The translations under genes and the position numbers were made by a program. A DNA stretch of 63,891 bases, counting the filler, from Octopus bimaculoides (lineage: Eukaryota), in assembly GCF_001194135.2 (NCBI RefSeq). It is 5 parts of 4 records of this genome, joined end to end, with 100 filler letters (N's around TTAATTAATTAA, not from the genome) between each part and the next. Parts side by side here need not be neighbours in the genome. Positions count along the whole stretch, not along the records: positions 29,160 to 54,742 come from NC_068981.1; positions 54,843 to 57,805 come from NW_026391853.1; positions 57,906 to 60,840 come from NC_068985.1; positions 60,941 to 63,891 come from NC_068981.1; 1 more part is not named here. One strand, written 5' to 3'. Within the stretch, counting starts at the first letter, position 1. Each line of letters opens with the position of its first letter. The notes under the pieces were generated by a model that saw only the letters and a list, made by a program, of their open reading frames with translations, had not been told where the DNA came from and did not search any database. Below, in pieces: positions 51,241-63,891 of the stretch.

Positions 51241-54189
51241 GATATATATAATGGATTAAAATTTTGGAGCAATGCCAGCCGTTTTTGGGGAGTGTAGAAA
51301 AGGGGGAAGTCGATTACATCAACCCCTTTGTTCAACTGGTACTTATTTTATCGAATTCAAAAGAATGGAAGGTAAAGTTGACTTCAGTAGCATCTGAACA
51401 CCCAACGTATAAAGCTGAAATTTTTCCGAAATGTTATAAATGCTGATAGCTTGTTGCCTTCATAACAATTTATCCTAATGTTACCACAAGATCAGCCGTT
51501 TCGAGGTCTCCAGTAAGTCGATTGCATCAAACTCAGTAGACCACTTGTTCTTATTTTAAATTCTGAATGTAAAAAGCCAGAAGAAATGCCGCTAAGCATT
51601 TTGTCCGACGAGCTCGCCAGCTCAGCACTTCAGTTTCAATTTCTGATGTGGAAGTAACATGAGACAAAGTAGCTTCCACTTAGCTGAAGCGAACGGCTTC
51701 TTGATAGAAAGTGAAATGGCTATTTTGGGATGTAGTCCAAGATAATTTTGTGTCAACAGCATTCTCCTAAATATTGAATATGTACTCAGTTTTGAACCTG
51801 ATTTGAGTATTTAATAGTCATCTTGGCTAAAATGTATTCTGATTCTAAGGAACGCAATTCTGCAAGAGGCATCTTCTCTATGGTGACTAAGAATTTTGAA
51901 TATATGATTATTGAGTAAGCTATAAATAGCCATTGATACTATAGAAATATGAAGAAAGAATGATATAGAACATAACAAGTAGTTACACACACATATACAC
52001 ACACACCACATATACACATACTCACCCAGGCACACACACATACACCCATCCATATACACGTACACACATATGAAAGCATAGATGTATTTATATATTAGGA
52101 GATAGGGTGCGCATAAAATATTTAGATGCTGTGTGTCTTAGATATACCAACAGCAATCGACAATTTGATCATTGTTCGCATCAACCTAAGAAGACAATAA
52201 GCTACTTGTTTTATGACATATATAGTTTCACTTTCATTATCACTGGCATACTTTCAACGACCTCTTGTAATTTGTTCTGATAAAGTTTCGCTGAAGAATA
52301 AATTCAAAAGACAGACAACATAAAACCCGTTACAAAATCAATAGTTAACTGTGTACGGCTCCCGTACAGTTCTAACACAGTCTCAGGAAGAAAACTCTTT
52401 CAACAGTAACTGTAAAACTGTTCGAATGGGAATTAAATCAATAAAAAATGACATTATAGCGTATGTGTCAGCCACCAACGTTCAGTATTTTTTAAAAGAA
52501 GATAATTCCCACTGTCATTTTATATTTTTCAAAAAGTCACACTGGTTCACAACAATGATACTTATTTATATGATATTTCACTTTATATTCACCAACAAAA
52601 TAATCGTTAATTTGAAGGATTGTTTCCAAATATTCATAGTGGAAAGCCATCTGTATTACTTAGTTTAAATCGGCCTAGATACATTACATACGAGACTGGT
52701 GCTTTGTTACTCAAATAATTTTATGGCATTTCGAATTATTTGAGAGATGTAATGGAATGTATGATGCCTTTATTCCGATATCGCTGTGTAATTACAACAA
52801 TTTTGTCATTTTATCTCCTGAAGGTCATATACTTTATGTTTTGGTAGACAGGGCGGGGATATCTCTGAAATAAATTTGTGCAAAAGCTTTAAGTGAATCA
52901 AGAGTGTTTCGAGCTGGAACAAAACTATCGCAGAACAACTGAATGGGAACTTATCTATTCCTCGGTAGAACTCGCTAAAATTATTTCCTTAATGTTACTC
53001 ATAGAGAATATTTCAATAACAAATTTCTCTAAATAAAGAGAAGTGCTTTGAATTTAGACAAACATAATGTTTCGCTTTCTTTCAGTTTGGTTTCGGTTTG
53101 TCCTTAATAACTTTTGTAGTGTTATTAAGGGTTTTGTGTGACGAACTATGAGAGGAAGTGTAAAGTTGTCTGCGGTAAAATCATTACTTTCTCTACAGGG
53201 CTTGTTCTGTAACCTGGATATTTTTTCGCACAGTTTTTCTATATTTTAGTTAATATAAAATATATGGTTAAATGTATCTTACCTTTCAGAAAAATCTTAC
53301 TTCTAACTGGAAGAAAAAAATCTTTCGACAGATGTGGCGAGTGCCGGAACGCTAGTTTTATACCTAAACATCTAATTTTTATTTAAAGTTAACTTAGCTT
53401 ATAACTAATGCTTTTCGGGGTAATATGGTTATTTCATTATTTTCATTGATGTCGCCACTTTAAAGTAAAAAGAAAGTTTTTCACCACTGAAGGACTCCAG
53501 CTAAATCCAGTTCAAAAACATGGTGGACGCTCACTCTATTTACTGCATTAATCAATTGGCAACAGAAAACAAAAGGAGTTAAAATCAAAATATTCTGTTA
53601 CTGCACTTTAGAAAAAGTTGTAAAAACTTATTTGGATGTAAAGAAAATCTGGTTTCTGGAAAGAGCGACAATGTCCAACTAGATAATAATTTATTATCAT
53701 TATATCACGTTATTGAGGGCGCTGTATGACACAGTTGAGAGCACGAAGTACTGAAAATATTGCTTTATATTTTGAGTTCAACTCCTATCACAATTGATAT
53801 AATTGACTATAATATCTACACAATGTTGTTGACCTGACAAAAAACAAAACAAAACAAAACAAAACACGATTCTATCAGGATGAAAAATCACACAGTATGA
53901 TAAAGAAGTAACTAAATATTTTAATATTTCTATTTTGATGAACGATATTTTCAACTTCAAATCTGATCGGGACGAATTTTTCTCTAGAATTCTGCGACAA
54001 TTGAATAATTTCCAATAATTGTGTCTGTAAAACAACACACAAGCCCTACAATTCTAAGAGAAGAAGGTAAGCCGATGCAATTGAATGTAAAGTTGATCTC
54101 GATGCTATTTACAGTGGGAAGAAAAATCGTAGAGAATTTTCTGCGACGACCTAACAATTTTGCCATTACACCACCCTGAAGTAATTCCA

Positions 54190-54244
<55 letters not shown>

Positions 54245-54650
54245 GATAATAATTTTTTTCTTTTATGTTTTTCAGTCACTTGACTGCAGCCATACTTCAG
54301 CACTGCCTTTAGTTGAAGAAATTGACCCCAGGACCTATTCTTTGTAAGCCTAGTACTTATTTTATCGGTTTGTTTTGCCGAACTTCCAAGTTACGGGGAC
54401 GTAAACACGCTAATATCGGTTGCCAAGCGATGATGGGGGCACAAACACAGACACACAAGCATATAGATATATATATATGTATATACGACGGGCTTCTTTC
54501 AGTTTCCGTCTACCAAATCCACTCACAAGGCTTTGGTCACCCCGAGACTACAGTAGAAGACACCTGGCCAAGGTGCCACGCAGTGGGACTGAACCCGGAA
54601 ACATGTGGTTGGTAAGCAAGCTACTTACCACACAGCCACTCCTGCATCTT

Positions 54651-54742
<92 letters not shown>

Positions 54743-55542
54743 NNNNNNNNNNNNNNNNNNNNNNNNNNNNNNNNNNNNNNNNNNNNTTAATTAATTAANN
54801 NNNNNNNNNNNNNNNNNNNNNNNNNNNNNNNNNNNNNNNNNNTATGGATATATATACATATGGATATATATATATGGATATATATATGTACATCTATATA
54901 CACACACATATATCCATGCACATACACACATATATCCATGCACATACACACACATATATACATACATACATACATATTTACATAAAAAGAGACATATCTA
55001 TAGCTAAACAGAGTGGTAGATAGAGGGAGACATAAATAGACAATCAGAGGAGGTGAGAAGAGGGAGAGAGGGAGAAAGAGAGGGAGAGGGAGAGAGAGAT
55101 TTCAAGCACACCTCTTGCCTGGATTTGTGGTGTCCACTTCAGTTTGTCTCTCCTCATTAGGATTCTTCCATATTGACATAATATCTACGTATTCAAAAGC
55201 AAACAGCTGCCAAGCCAAAATAGAACCATAGATAGATAGGTAGATAGATAGATCGATAGATAGATAGGTAGATAGATAGGTAAACTAAATGTCAGTCAGC
55301 ATGTGTAAATGTGTATGTATGTATAACTACATGTGGTGTGATGCGGATATTTTTATGAATGGTAGGTATTTAACAAATATAGTTAATATAGAAAAGACAG
55401 GAATGTACACTGATGTGGTGGTGGTGGTGGTCTTGATACCAGGGGGGGGGGTTATTGTAGTAGTAGTAATAGTAAAGATTCTTTTGATTTCCGTATTCTC
55501 TTTCTTCTTCTTCATGTAATCATTTCTTAATGATAGTAGCAC

Positions 55543-55574
<32 letters not shown>

Positions 55575-55576
<2 letters not shown>

Positions 55577-55791
55577 CCTTTCTACTATAGGCACAAGGCC
55601 TGGGATTTGTGGGGGAGGCGGTAGAATCTGTCGCATCGACCCTAGTACTTGACTGGTACTTAATTTATCAACCCCCGAAAGGATGAAAGGCAAAGTCGAC
55701 CTCGGTGGAATTTGAACTCAGAACATAGCGGTGGATGAAATACCGCTAAGCATGCCGTCCAGCGTGCTAACGATTCTACCAGCTTGCCACC

Positions 55792-55825
<34 letters not shown>

Positions 55826-56325
55826 TAATAATAATAATAATAATAATAATAATCCTTTTTGCAATAGGCACAAGGCCTGAAATTTTGGGGGAGGTGATAA
55901 GTCGATTACATTGACCCCAGTGCATAACTGGTACTTATTTTATTGACCCTGAAATGATGAAAGGTGAAGTGTACCTTGGTGGAATTTGAACTTAAAACAT
56001 CAAGATGGATGAAATGCCACTAATTATTTTGCCTGGCACGGCAACGATCCTGCCAGCTTGTTATCTTCATAATAACAATAATAATAATAATAATAATGAT
56101 TTCAAATTTTGGCACATGGCCTGCAATTTCGTGGAATGGGGGGGGGAGTCAATTATATCAACCCCAGTGCATAACTGGTACTTTTTTTTATCGACCCCGC
56201 CGAAAGGATGAAAGGCAAAGTTGACCCTAGCAGAATTTGAACACTGAATGTGAAAACAGGTGAAGTTTTCGCTAAGCAATTCACCTGGATTGCTAACGGT
56301 TCTGCCATCTCACCACTTCATAACG

Positions 56326-56362
<37 letters not shown>

Positions 56363-56690
56363 TAATAATAACAGGCAAAAGCCATGCATTCTAGAGCTTA
56401 GGAACAGATAATTAAATTGTTCCTGGCCCAGCACTTGACTGTCAACTTTGGAATGGTAAAAAGCAAAGTTAACTCTGGCAAGACATGAAGCTAAGATCAC
56501 AACCAAATACTGCCAGGCACGGACTTATCCACACACTGGCCTTCAAAAGTAATAATAATGATAATTATTATTATTAAAAAATTTTTGCCACAGGGGCAGC
56601 TTGGGGGAAGTGGTGATGAGTTGATGATATCGACTCCCCCGTGTTTAACTTGTACCAGCATGCTAATGATTCTGCCAGCTCACCGTCTTC

Positions 56691-56725
<35 letters not shown>

Positions 56726-57606
56726 CCTTTCTACTGGAAGCACAAGGCCTCAAATTTGGGGGAAGGGATTAAGTCGATTAGATCGGGCCCAAGTGCATAA
56801 CCGGTACTTATTTAACCAACCTCGTACTTGAAATGATAAAAGGCAAAGTTGACCTCAGCAGGATTTGAACTCAGAATGTAAAATTGGCTGAAATACTGCT
56901 AAGCATTTTCTATATCTCATTAACAATTCAGTTAGCTTGTTACCTTAATAATAACTTCTAATTATGGTACAGGACCTGAAATTTTAGGGGAGGCGGATAA
57001 TCAGTAACATAAACATCAGTTCTTCACTTTTTCATCAACCCCCAAAAGGATGAAAAGCAAAGCTGACCTCGGTGGAATTTGAACTCAGAACGTGAAGACA
57101 GACAAAATAGCACTAAGCATTTTACCTGGTGAGTTAACGATTCTGTCGACTTGCTACCTTGATAATAAATACCAATAATCCTTTTTACTAAGGGCACAAG
57201 ACCTGAAATTTCGTCAGGGGAAAGGGCTAGTTGATTATATTGACCCTTGTGTTTCACTGGTACTTATTTTGGCAGAATTTGAACTCAGAACATAAAGACA
57301 GACGAAATGCCACTAAGCATGCTGCCCAACATGCTAATGGTTGTGCCAGCTCGTTACCTTAATAATAATAATACTAATACTAATAATAATCCTTTCTACT
57401 ATAGGCACAAGGCCTGGATTTTTGTGGGGAGGGGGGACAACTGATCACATCGACCCCAGTACTTGACTGGTACTTAATTTATCAACCTCCGAAAGGATGA
57501 AAGGCAAAGTCGACTTTGGTGGAAGTTGAACTCAGATACATAGCGACAGACAAAATACCGCTTAGCATTTTGCCTGGTTTGCTAACGATTCCGCCAGCTC
57601 ACCACC

Positions 57607-57642
<36 letters not shown>

Positions 57643-58290
57643 GTCTCAGATTTTGCCAGAAGAGCAGTAATTTTGGGTGGGAGAGGAGGAGTCGATTACA
57701 TCGATCCCCAGAATGCAACTGGTACTTGTTTTATCTACCCCGAAAGGATGAAAGGCAAAGCAGACCGCATCGGGATTTGAACTCAGAACTCAGAACGTAG
57801 CAATGNNNNNNNNNNNNNNNNNNNNNNNNNNNNNNNNNNNNNNNNNNNNTTAATTAATTAANNNNNNNNNNNNNNNNNNNNNNNNNNNNNNNNNNNNNNN
57901 NNNNNTTCCACAAAATATCACTATTGTTCACAGAGACAATTTACGGTACTTCACACAGTTGTTTTCACAGAGTAACACAGCAGTAGTCACAATAATTCAC
58001 AATAATTCACGGAGACGAAATATCGCGAAGTATTTCGCCCGGCGTGCTAACGTTTCTTATTTCTTTACTGCCCACAAGGGGCTACACACAGAGGGGACAA
58101 ACAAGGACAGACAAACGGATTAAGTCGATCATGTCGACCCCAGTGCGTAACTGGTACTTATTTAATCGAACCCGAAAGGATGAAAGGCAAAGTCGACCTC
58201 GGTGGAATTTGAACTCAGAATGTAAAGACAGACGAAATACTGATAAGTATTTCGCCCGGCGTGCTAACGTTTCTGCCAGCTCACCGCTTT
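55575..58290 (-). repeat. Cluster of about 9-11 same-orientation SINE B copies separated by (AAT)n
   Basis: Reversed B-box (ga)atttgaactcagaa at about 55710, 55985, 56235, 56865, 57080, 57280, 57525, 57778 and 58208, plus decayed units near 56440-56680. Confidence 0.9.
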
Positions 58291-58339
58291 AAGATAGAAA
58301 AAATATTAAATGTCCACTTGCGTTGATCTTGCGTTGATC

Positions 58340-58600
58340 TTGCGTTGATCATATCTATTGCTCTGATTATATTTTCTCCCTACAATAGGTCGCCAATCAC
58401 ATTATGTGTTGATGCTGGTGATTCTACAATCTCTTTGGGGAGCTGTTTGATCAGAAAGCGAGGAAGGGTAACTTCTTCTTTGTTCTTGGATTCAAAATTA
58501 ATGCTTCTAATCCCGCCAAGGTGCATCTGGAAATAAATCATCTCCCTTACAATAATGACTAACAGGGCATACCACATGTTTGATATACCTGGAAACTTTT
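58340..58600 (-). mobile_element. Possible LINE ORF1 (gag-like) fragment
   Basis: INFESKNKEEVTLPRFLIKQLPKEIVESPASTHNVIGDLL resembles the ..PFLI.K....V......GDLL block of I/Jockey-group ORF1 proteins. Confidence 0.35.
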
Positions 58601-60492
58601 GCTAATATTCAATCATTTTGAGAATTCTTATTAATTTGATCCCATCTCTTGCCTGATCAGCAATTTACCTGGACCATCCTCGTGCACTTGATATTAATGT
58701 TCTGTCAGATTTTCGTTAGAATTTTGTGTGGATGTGGCTGTGATGTTCGTTTCATTCAGGTAGGTAATAGATTATCTCCCTTCCTCCTTACTGAAATGAG
58801 CTTAGTGAACACGATGAATAGGCTCTTTCATAGGAGATGGACATCTCACTCGAAGAGCGTCTCCACTCCACGAGTGGTGTACTCCGTCTCGCACAATCTA
58901 AAGCCTTTTATGACTGGATTTTTTTTTTTTTAAAGTTTGCTGGTTTCGTTCGGTTATCCTTTGATTCCTATGGGTGTATGTGTGTGTATGTATACACAGT
59001 GTATGCGCGTGTGTATGTACGTGTGCACACATGTATGTATGTGTCTATGTATGTATGTATGTATGATACAGGTATTAAAAAAGTCTGCTAACCTCGTTTG
59101 GCTATCGTTATGATGTATGTGTGTGTATGTATATATGTATGTGTGTACGCACGCATGTATGTATTTATGCATGCAATTATGTATGTAAGTATGTATGTAT
59201 ATATGTATATATGTACGTACGTGCGCGTGAATGTATGTGCGTGTGTGTGTGTGTGTGTGTTTGTGGGGTGGGGGTATTCTGTTTGTATGCAGTGTAATGT
59301 TTATATAATGCTTTTGTACAATGTCAGTGCCCGGCCAAGCGGAAAGTACATTATATATTATAACATATTGTTTATTTTATAAAGTTATTCTATTGATTAG
59401 AAATGAACTTTTACGCCTTTGGTGCAATAAAATATACGGACAAACACAATACAGTATAAGAGCTGCCTTTCTCTTGGGAAGTGACTGGTTTGTATAAATA
59501 TATGACTTCACAAATTTTTAATATAAGACTGAGACCAGAGACCTTTTATGTTGTGAAAAAAAAATGAAGAAAATAGCGAGTTTTGAAGAAAATAGTCTTG
59601 ACCTCTGTAATTAAACAAACCGGTAATAAAGCTAAAAAAAAAGATAGTATAAGCTGGTGTGTCACAAGGGAAGTGGTGTCCTGGACGCTTATATTGAGAA
59701 GAAAAAAACGGAAGAAAACAACTAGTGTTTGAAGAAACTGGGGTTGATATTTGTCTGTAATTAAACAAGCAGGTAATAAGGCTAATAAGTTAACATAAGC
59801 TACTGTGTTACGAGGAGAGCGTTGTTCTGAAGAACACTCTTCTATAAAATGTTACAATTCATCACTTCACACGAATATATTTTGTATTACGAATTTAAAT
59901 AAACAGAAATTATGTGTGCATGCATACCACCTCTCTATTTATTTATCTACCTATCTATCTATGTCAATTTCCATCTCTTTCTCTCTCACACACACTACGA
60001 ATACACAAACATATATTTATATGTGAGAGACAAATGGCCATCTGTCTATCTATATAACTTTCAGTGAGTCCCACTATTTGTTAAAAATAATTTTAAAAAA
60101 TGTATTCGTTACCATGGTGATAGAAAAACTGTGTCTTTACGTATTTTTGACTGGAGGGGATACAATTTCAATTATATTTATAACTGTTCATATATTTTTA
60201 AAATTCATCTTAGTTATATTGTAATTCCCCGAAGATTGGTGACAGCTGAATCTGTAAAACACCGTGTTTAATGTTCTGCGATTATATGATTATGTCATTT
60301 TTGTTATGAGTTCGAATTCCACCCATGCAAGAATTTTTCGTTTGAACCGCTAACAGAGTGAAATTAATACCAGACAAGAACTATAATGTATTAAATCGAC
60401 TTGCTTTTAGTATCCCCTCACCCGAAACTGCTGGCCTTGTGCCAAAATCTGAAACTATATTTATTATAATTGTTGCTGTTGTTATCATCGTC

Positions 60493-60840
60493 ATTATTAT
60501 TATTATTATTGTTCAGTAGTTTTATTTTTATAACGTGCTTTCACTGCACTACCGAGCGCAGCTCTGTGCGCCTTGGGTATGTGCTGTGGTTTGCTGTGAT
60601 GCTCTTATGGTTACTGTATTGAAAGTGTTTTGCGTAGGATGTGTGCAGTGCCCACTAGTGCAATTTTCTGTATGTTATATATATTTGTAAGTCCTGGTGT
60701 TTTTGTTATGTATTTGTCTGAATATTTTTATATTATACCTAAGGCACCTACTATGATAGGAATTGTTTCTGTTTTTAAATTCCACATTCGAGTTACCTCT
60801 ATTTCCAGGTCTTTGTATTTTGAAAGTTTTTCCATTTCTT
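60493..60840 (-). mobile_element. 3' end of an R4/Dong-like element abutting (TAA)n
   Basis: EKLSKYKDLEIEVTRMWNLKTETIPIIVGALG...IQKIALVGTAHILRKTLSIQ* (stop at 60613-60611), then about 100-nt 3' UTR, then (AAT)n. Confidence 0.88.
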
Positions 60841-60976
60841 NNNNNNNNNNNNNNNNNNNNNNNNNNNNNNNNNNNNNNNNNNNNTTAATTAATTAANNNN
60901 NNNNNNNNNNNNNNNNNNNNNNNNNNNNNNNNNNNNNNNNTCTTCGTTGAGCCCTGTGTGGCTAATAAAAGAAATG

Positions 60977-61039
<63 letters not shown>

Positions 61040-61074
61040 ATATATATATATATATGAAAAATACACATTCTGCC

Positions 61075-61670
61075 TGATCAATAAGTATCGGGCTGTTGCT
61101 AAAGCATGTGAGTGAAGCTGCTTGGCAAAGATAGACTTTAAAATCTAGCATGACTGCGCACTAAGTTCTTCTTCACTTCCGCTGCTTAAAGCGTTGCTTT
61201 GTAGGAAGGTGTATAGCGCGTGATTTTCGCACTGATCATGAGACTGAAAGTCGTTATGGTAATATCTGCTAAGAAGCCTACATAGACGTTGCAAAAAGGA
61301 ATGTACAGGCCGCACATAAGAAGTGTACGAGTGGTTCATACATTTCCAAGATGGCTAAAAATGTGTCGATATTGACGAAAGTTCTAGGAGGCCCACAACC
61401 AGCAGAACTGAGAAAAAACATAGCAGATATGCCTGCAGCTTTCAGAGAAAATCGTCGTATCCCTATCCGTGAGTTATCAGAGGATGTGGAGGTTAGTTAC
61501 AACTCAGTTCAATCCATTATCACTGAAGATATGGGTATGAGACGTGTGTCTACCTAGTTTGTGCAACATCTGCTTTCAGCTGACCAAAACGACACTCAGG
61601 TTTCAGTTGCACAAACTCTCCTTGAATCTGTCGAGAACAATGAACACTTTTTGAAGAGTTTGCGCAGGCT
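61075..61670 (+). mobile_element. Decayed mariner element, 5' part
   Basis: TIR-like TACACATTCTGCCTGATCAATAAGTATC; ENRRIPIRELSEDVEVSYNSVQSIITEDMGMRRVST*FVQHLLSADQ (second HTH and V..xFVPxLL linker). Confidence 0.8.
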
Positions 61671-61918
61671 TCTGAGAAGGAATCGCTAAGCTTTTGACAA
61701 AATTTAATGCAGATTCTATGCTCAACTTACTCTGCCACGGTCAATGCGACGAACACGCGTTACACACGTCTATTCCAAGCATTGCTGTAAACAACGAAAG
61801 TAACCTAGAACACAAAAGCTTAGTGCGCATATATAGCATAGTTCAAGGTCAATCTGTGCTAAAATGTTTCACTCTGGGTGCTTTAGCAACATATCAGATA
61901 AATAATGGTCATACCACG

Positions 61919-61954
<36 letters not shown>

Positions 61955-62141
61955 TTTTTTTTAATTTTAGAATGAGATAGAAAACCAAGGCTCTGAAGAT
62001 AGAACATTTATAAATATGACCTACGTTGGATTCCTCATTCGCATAATCACCGAGCCTAGAGCTTAACTATTGTCTGTCCATAGCACTAACTCAGCATTAA
62101 CTGACACCTTTGGGTCTTCTTGACACCATTACCTCTCATAA

Positions 62142-62192
<51 letters not shown>

Positions 62193-63623
62193 ATGTGTGT
62201 GTGTGTGTGCGTGTATGTGTGTGTGTTTGTGTTTGTGTGTGTGTGTGCGTGTGTGTGTGTGTGTGTATGTATGTCTGTCTGTATGTTTGCATGCGAATGT
62301 ATATGTGCCTAATAAATATATGAACATGCATAGCAAACAATGTTTTATAAGAAGCATCTATATTCAATCTTACATGTGTGTTAGTTCGTATGCCTTAGTG
62401 CGAGTTGAGTGTTTCAGAATATGTGCGTGTATATGTATGTTTACGTGTATGTGTGTCCCCAACTGTGCGGGTATATCAGATTGGGGTGATATGTGTTTGT
62501 GTACTTTCTTAGTCGATTATATATAAATGCATTCTTTTACAAAACAGCAATGTTTAAATATTACATACAATTTTATTTAGTACAATTAAAAAAAAAACAT
62601 TAAAAGTAATAATGTGTTCTTCTATTCCGTTTTAATTATGGGCAAATTCTACTTTGATTAACATTTATATGAAGTGTTAACTGGGTTTCATGTAATGAAT
62701 ATTTATAGTCATCTGTATATCTTCATTTATATTTATTTTCAACACTACACGTCTATATCACAGTTCTGGCTCTCAGCAGTATACATCCGAACAAGAGGCA
62801 TAATGCGTCGTCTATATTGGTAAGTACAATAATTGATACGCAACCAAATGTAACTTTGTGACATGTCATATACAATGACTAATAATGACAAAGTTTGCAT
62901 CGTCACTGGCCGTTGAAGTATGTCCCAGGCCGTTCCGGGCGTTCCCTGTGTACTTGCCCAATGCGGTAACATTGTACCTGTCTGGCATAGTGCACTCCGT
63001 TACTTCACATTATTTCATGTCTGCCTCCCTACATTGTTGTTACTGCAACTGCTGGACTGCACTCCTGTTTCATAGATCGCATACAAAATCCACTCACAAG
63101 GTTACTAGTAGACACATGCCCATGATGATATGAGCTGGGAACACAAATATATGTAATTAGGAAGCACGCTTCTCACCACACAGCCATACTTGGGCTTGAA
63201 AACGACAATTTTCGAAACTTACTGGGTTCTTGTGTTTATTTGTGTAGTAGCCTTTGTCTGACAGTGGGTGTCTATGTCCTCACGGAGTAGGTGTTTCTCC
63301 ATATATGTTGAGTGTACTTCGAAACATTGTGCAGACTCACGACTCTTGACAAAGGTTCCCACAAAAATCCCACAAAAATCCCAAACTGTGCATGTGACCA
63401 AATTCGGGTGGTAACTAAAAATACATAGATATATAGATGCAGAATGGTCGAGCATTAGCTACATGAGGATGCAGCTGACATCCACTGGCGTCACAAGTCA
63501 CAGAGTGCGGCATAAACATATTATGTACTTTTTCTACCGCATCCTGTATATGATGGATATATGTAGGTATATGTGGATTTCTGTGAACATGGTAATATAT
63601 AACTTCGTGACTGTTTGTCTTTC

Positions 63624-63665
<42 letters not shown>

Positions 63666-63891
63666 ATCATGGACGGACGGTAGACACATCGGCTCCCATG
63701 TAAGTTGCATTTTTCACCTCTTAAAAGACCTATTTTGTTTTAAAATTTTGTATAAGTTGTGTATAACACAAAATACTTCGTGAACATATATTTTTCAAAT
63801 CGGAAATAGCTCTATTTAGAGCCTTATTTCCAAAAATTCAAACATATCTTCCTCGTTCCTAGCCATATTCTGTAAAACGAATATGGCTAAG

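Noticed and set aside
55575-58290. Repeat-spacer periodicity superficially like a CRISPR array
   Set aside because: Units are about 250-bp tRNA-derived SINEs with microsatellite linkers in a eukaryotic context; no cas genes.
55575-60840. Dong-like LINE as the mobiliser of SINE B
   Set aside because: Tail polarity is opposite (SINE sense ends in (ATT)n, LINE sense in (AAT)n) and no shared 3' sequence was seen.
62764-62818. Possible plus-strand exon with donor GTAAGT
   Set aside because: The phase-2 frame needed to follow the 28632 exon hits TAA; no other support.

Overview
AT-rich, microsatellite- and transposon-dense animal genomic DNA with many N gaps. The SINE families, (CA/TA/AAT)n load and gap style suggest an Octopus draft scaffold (inference, not a database match). 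One complete protein-coding gene is reconstructed by hand: a 6-exon, minus-strand GILT/IFI30-family thiol reductase (CDS 17947->743, 253 aa; signal peptide, saposin-A-type module, CPDC active site, CQHGx2ECx2Nx4C signature). A short first coding exon of a second, plus-strand gene (MVKVQFREADVAKK, 28632-28675) follows a CpG/ETS-type promoter; its downstream exons were not found. The rest is mostly decayed mobile DNA: RTE, Penelope-like, R4/Dong-like and CRE-like retroelements, mariner and Helitron remnants, three SINE families and MITEs. Most ORFs in the supplied track are spurious. Best leads: (1) a tRNA-headed element carrying a hammerhead-ribozyme-like core, present as a head-to-head palindrome at 45.1-45.6 kb; (2) a Merlin-like MITE with a telomere-repeat core placed in mirror symmetry just upstream of both start codons; (3) several long fold-backs in the GILT introns; (4) a same-strand pile-up of about 9-11 SINEs at 55.6-58.3 kb. 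None is a proven new system; all are testable hypotheses.
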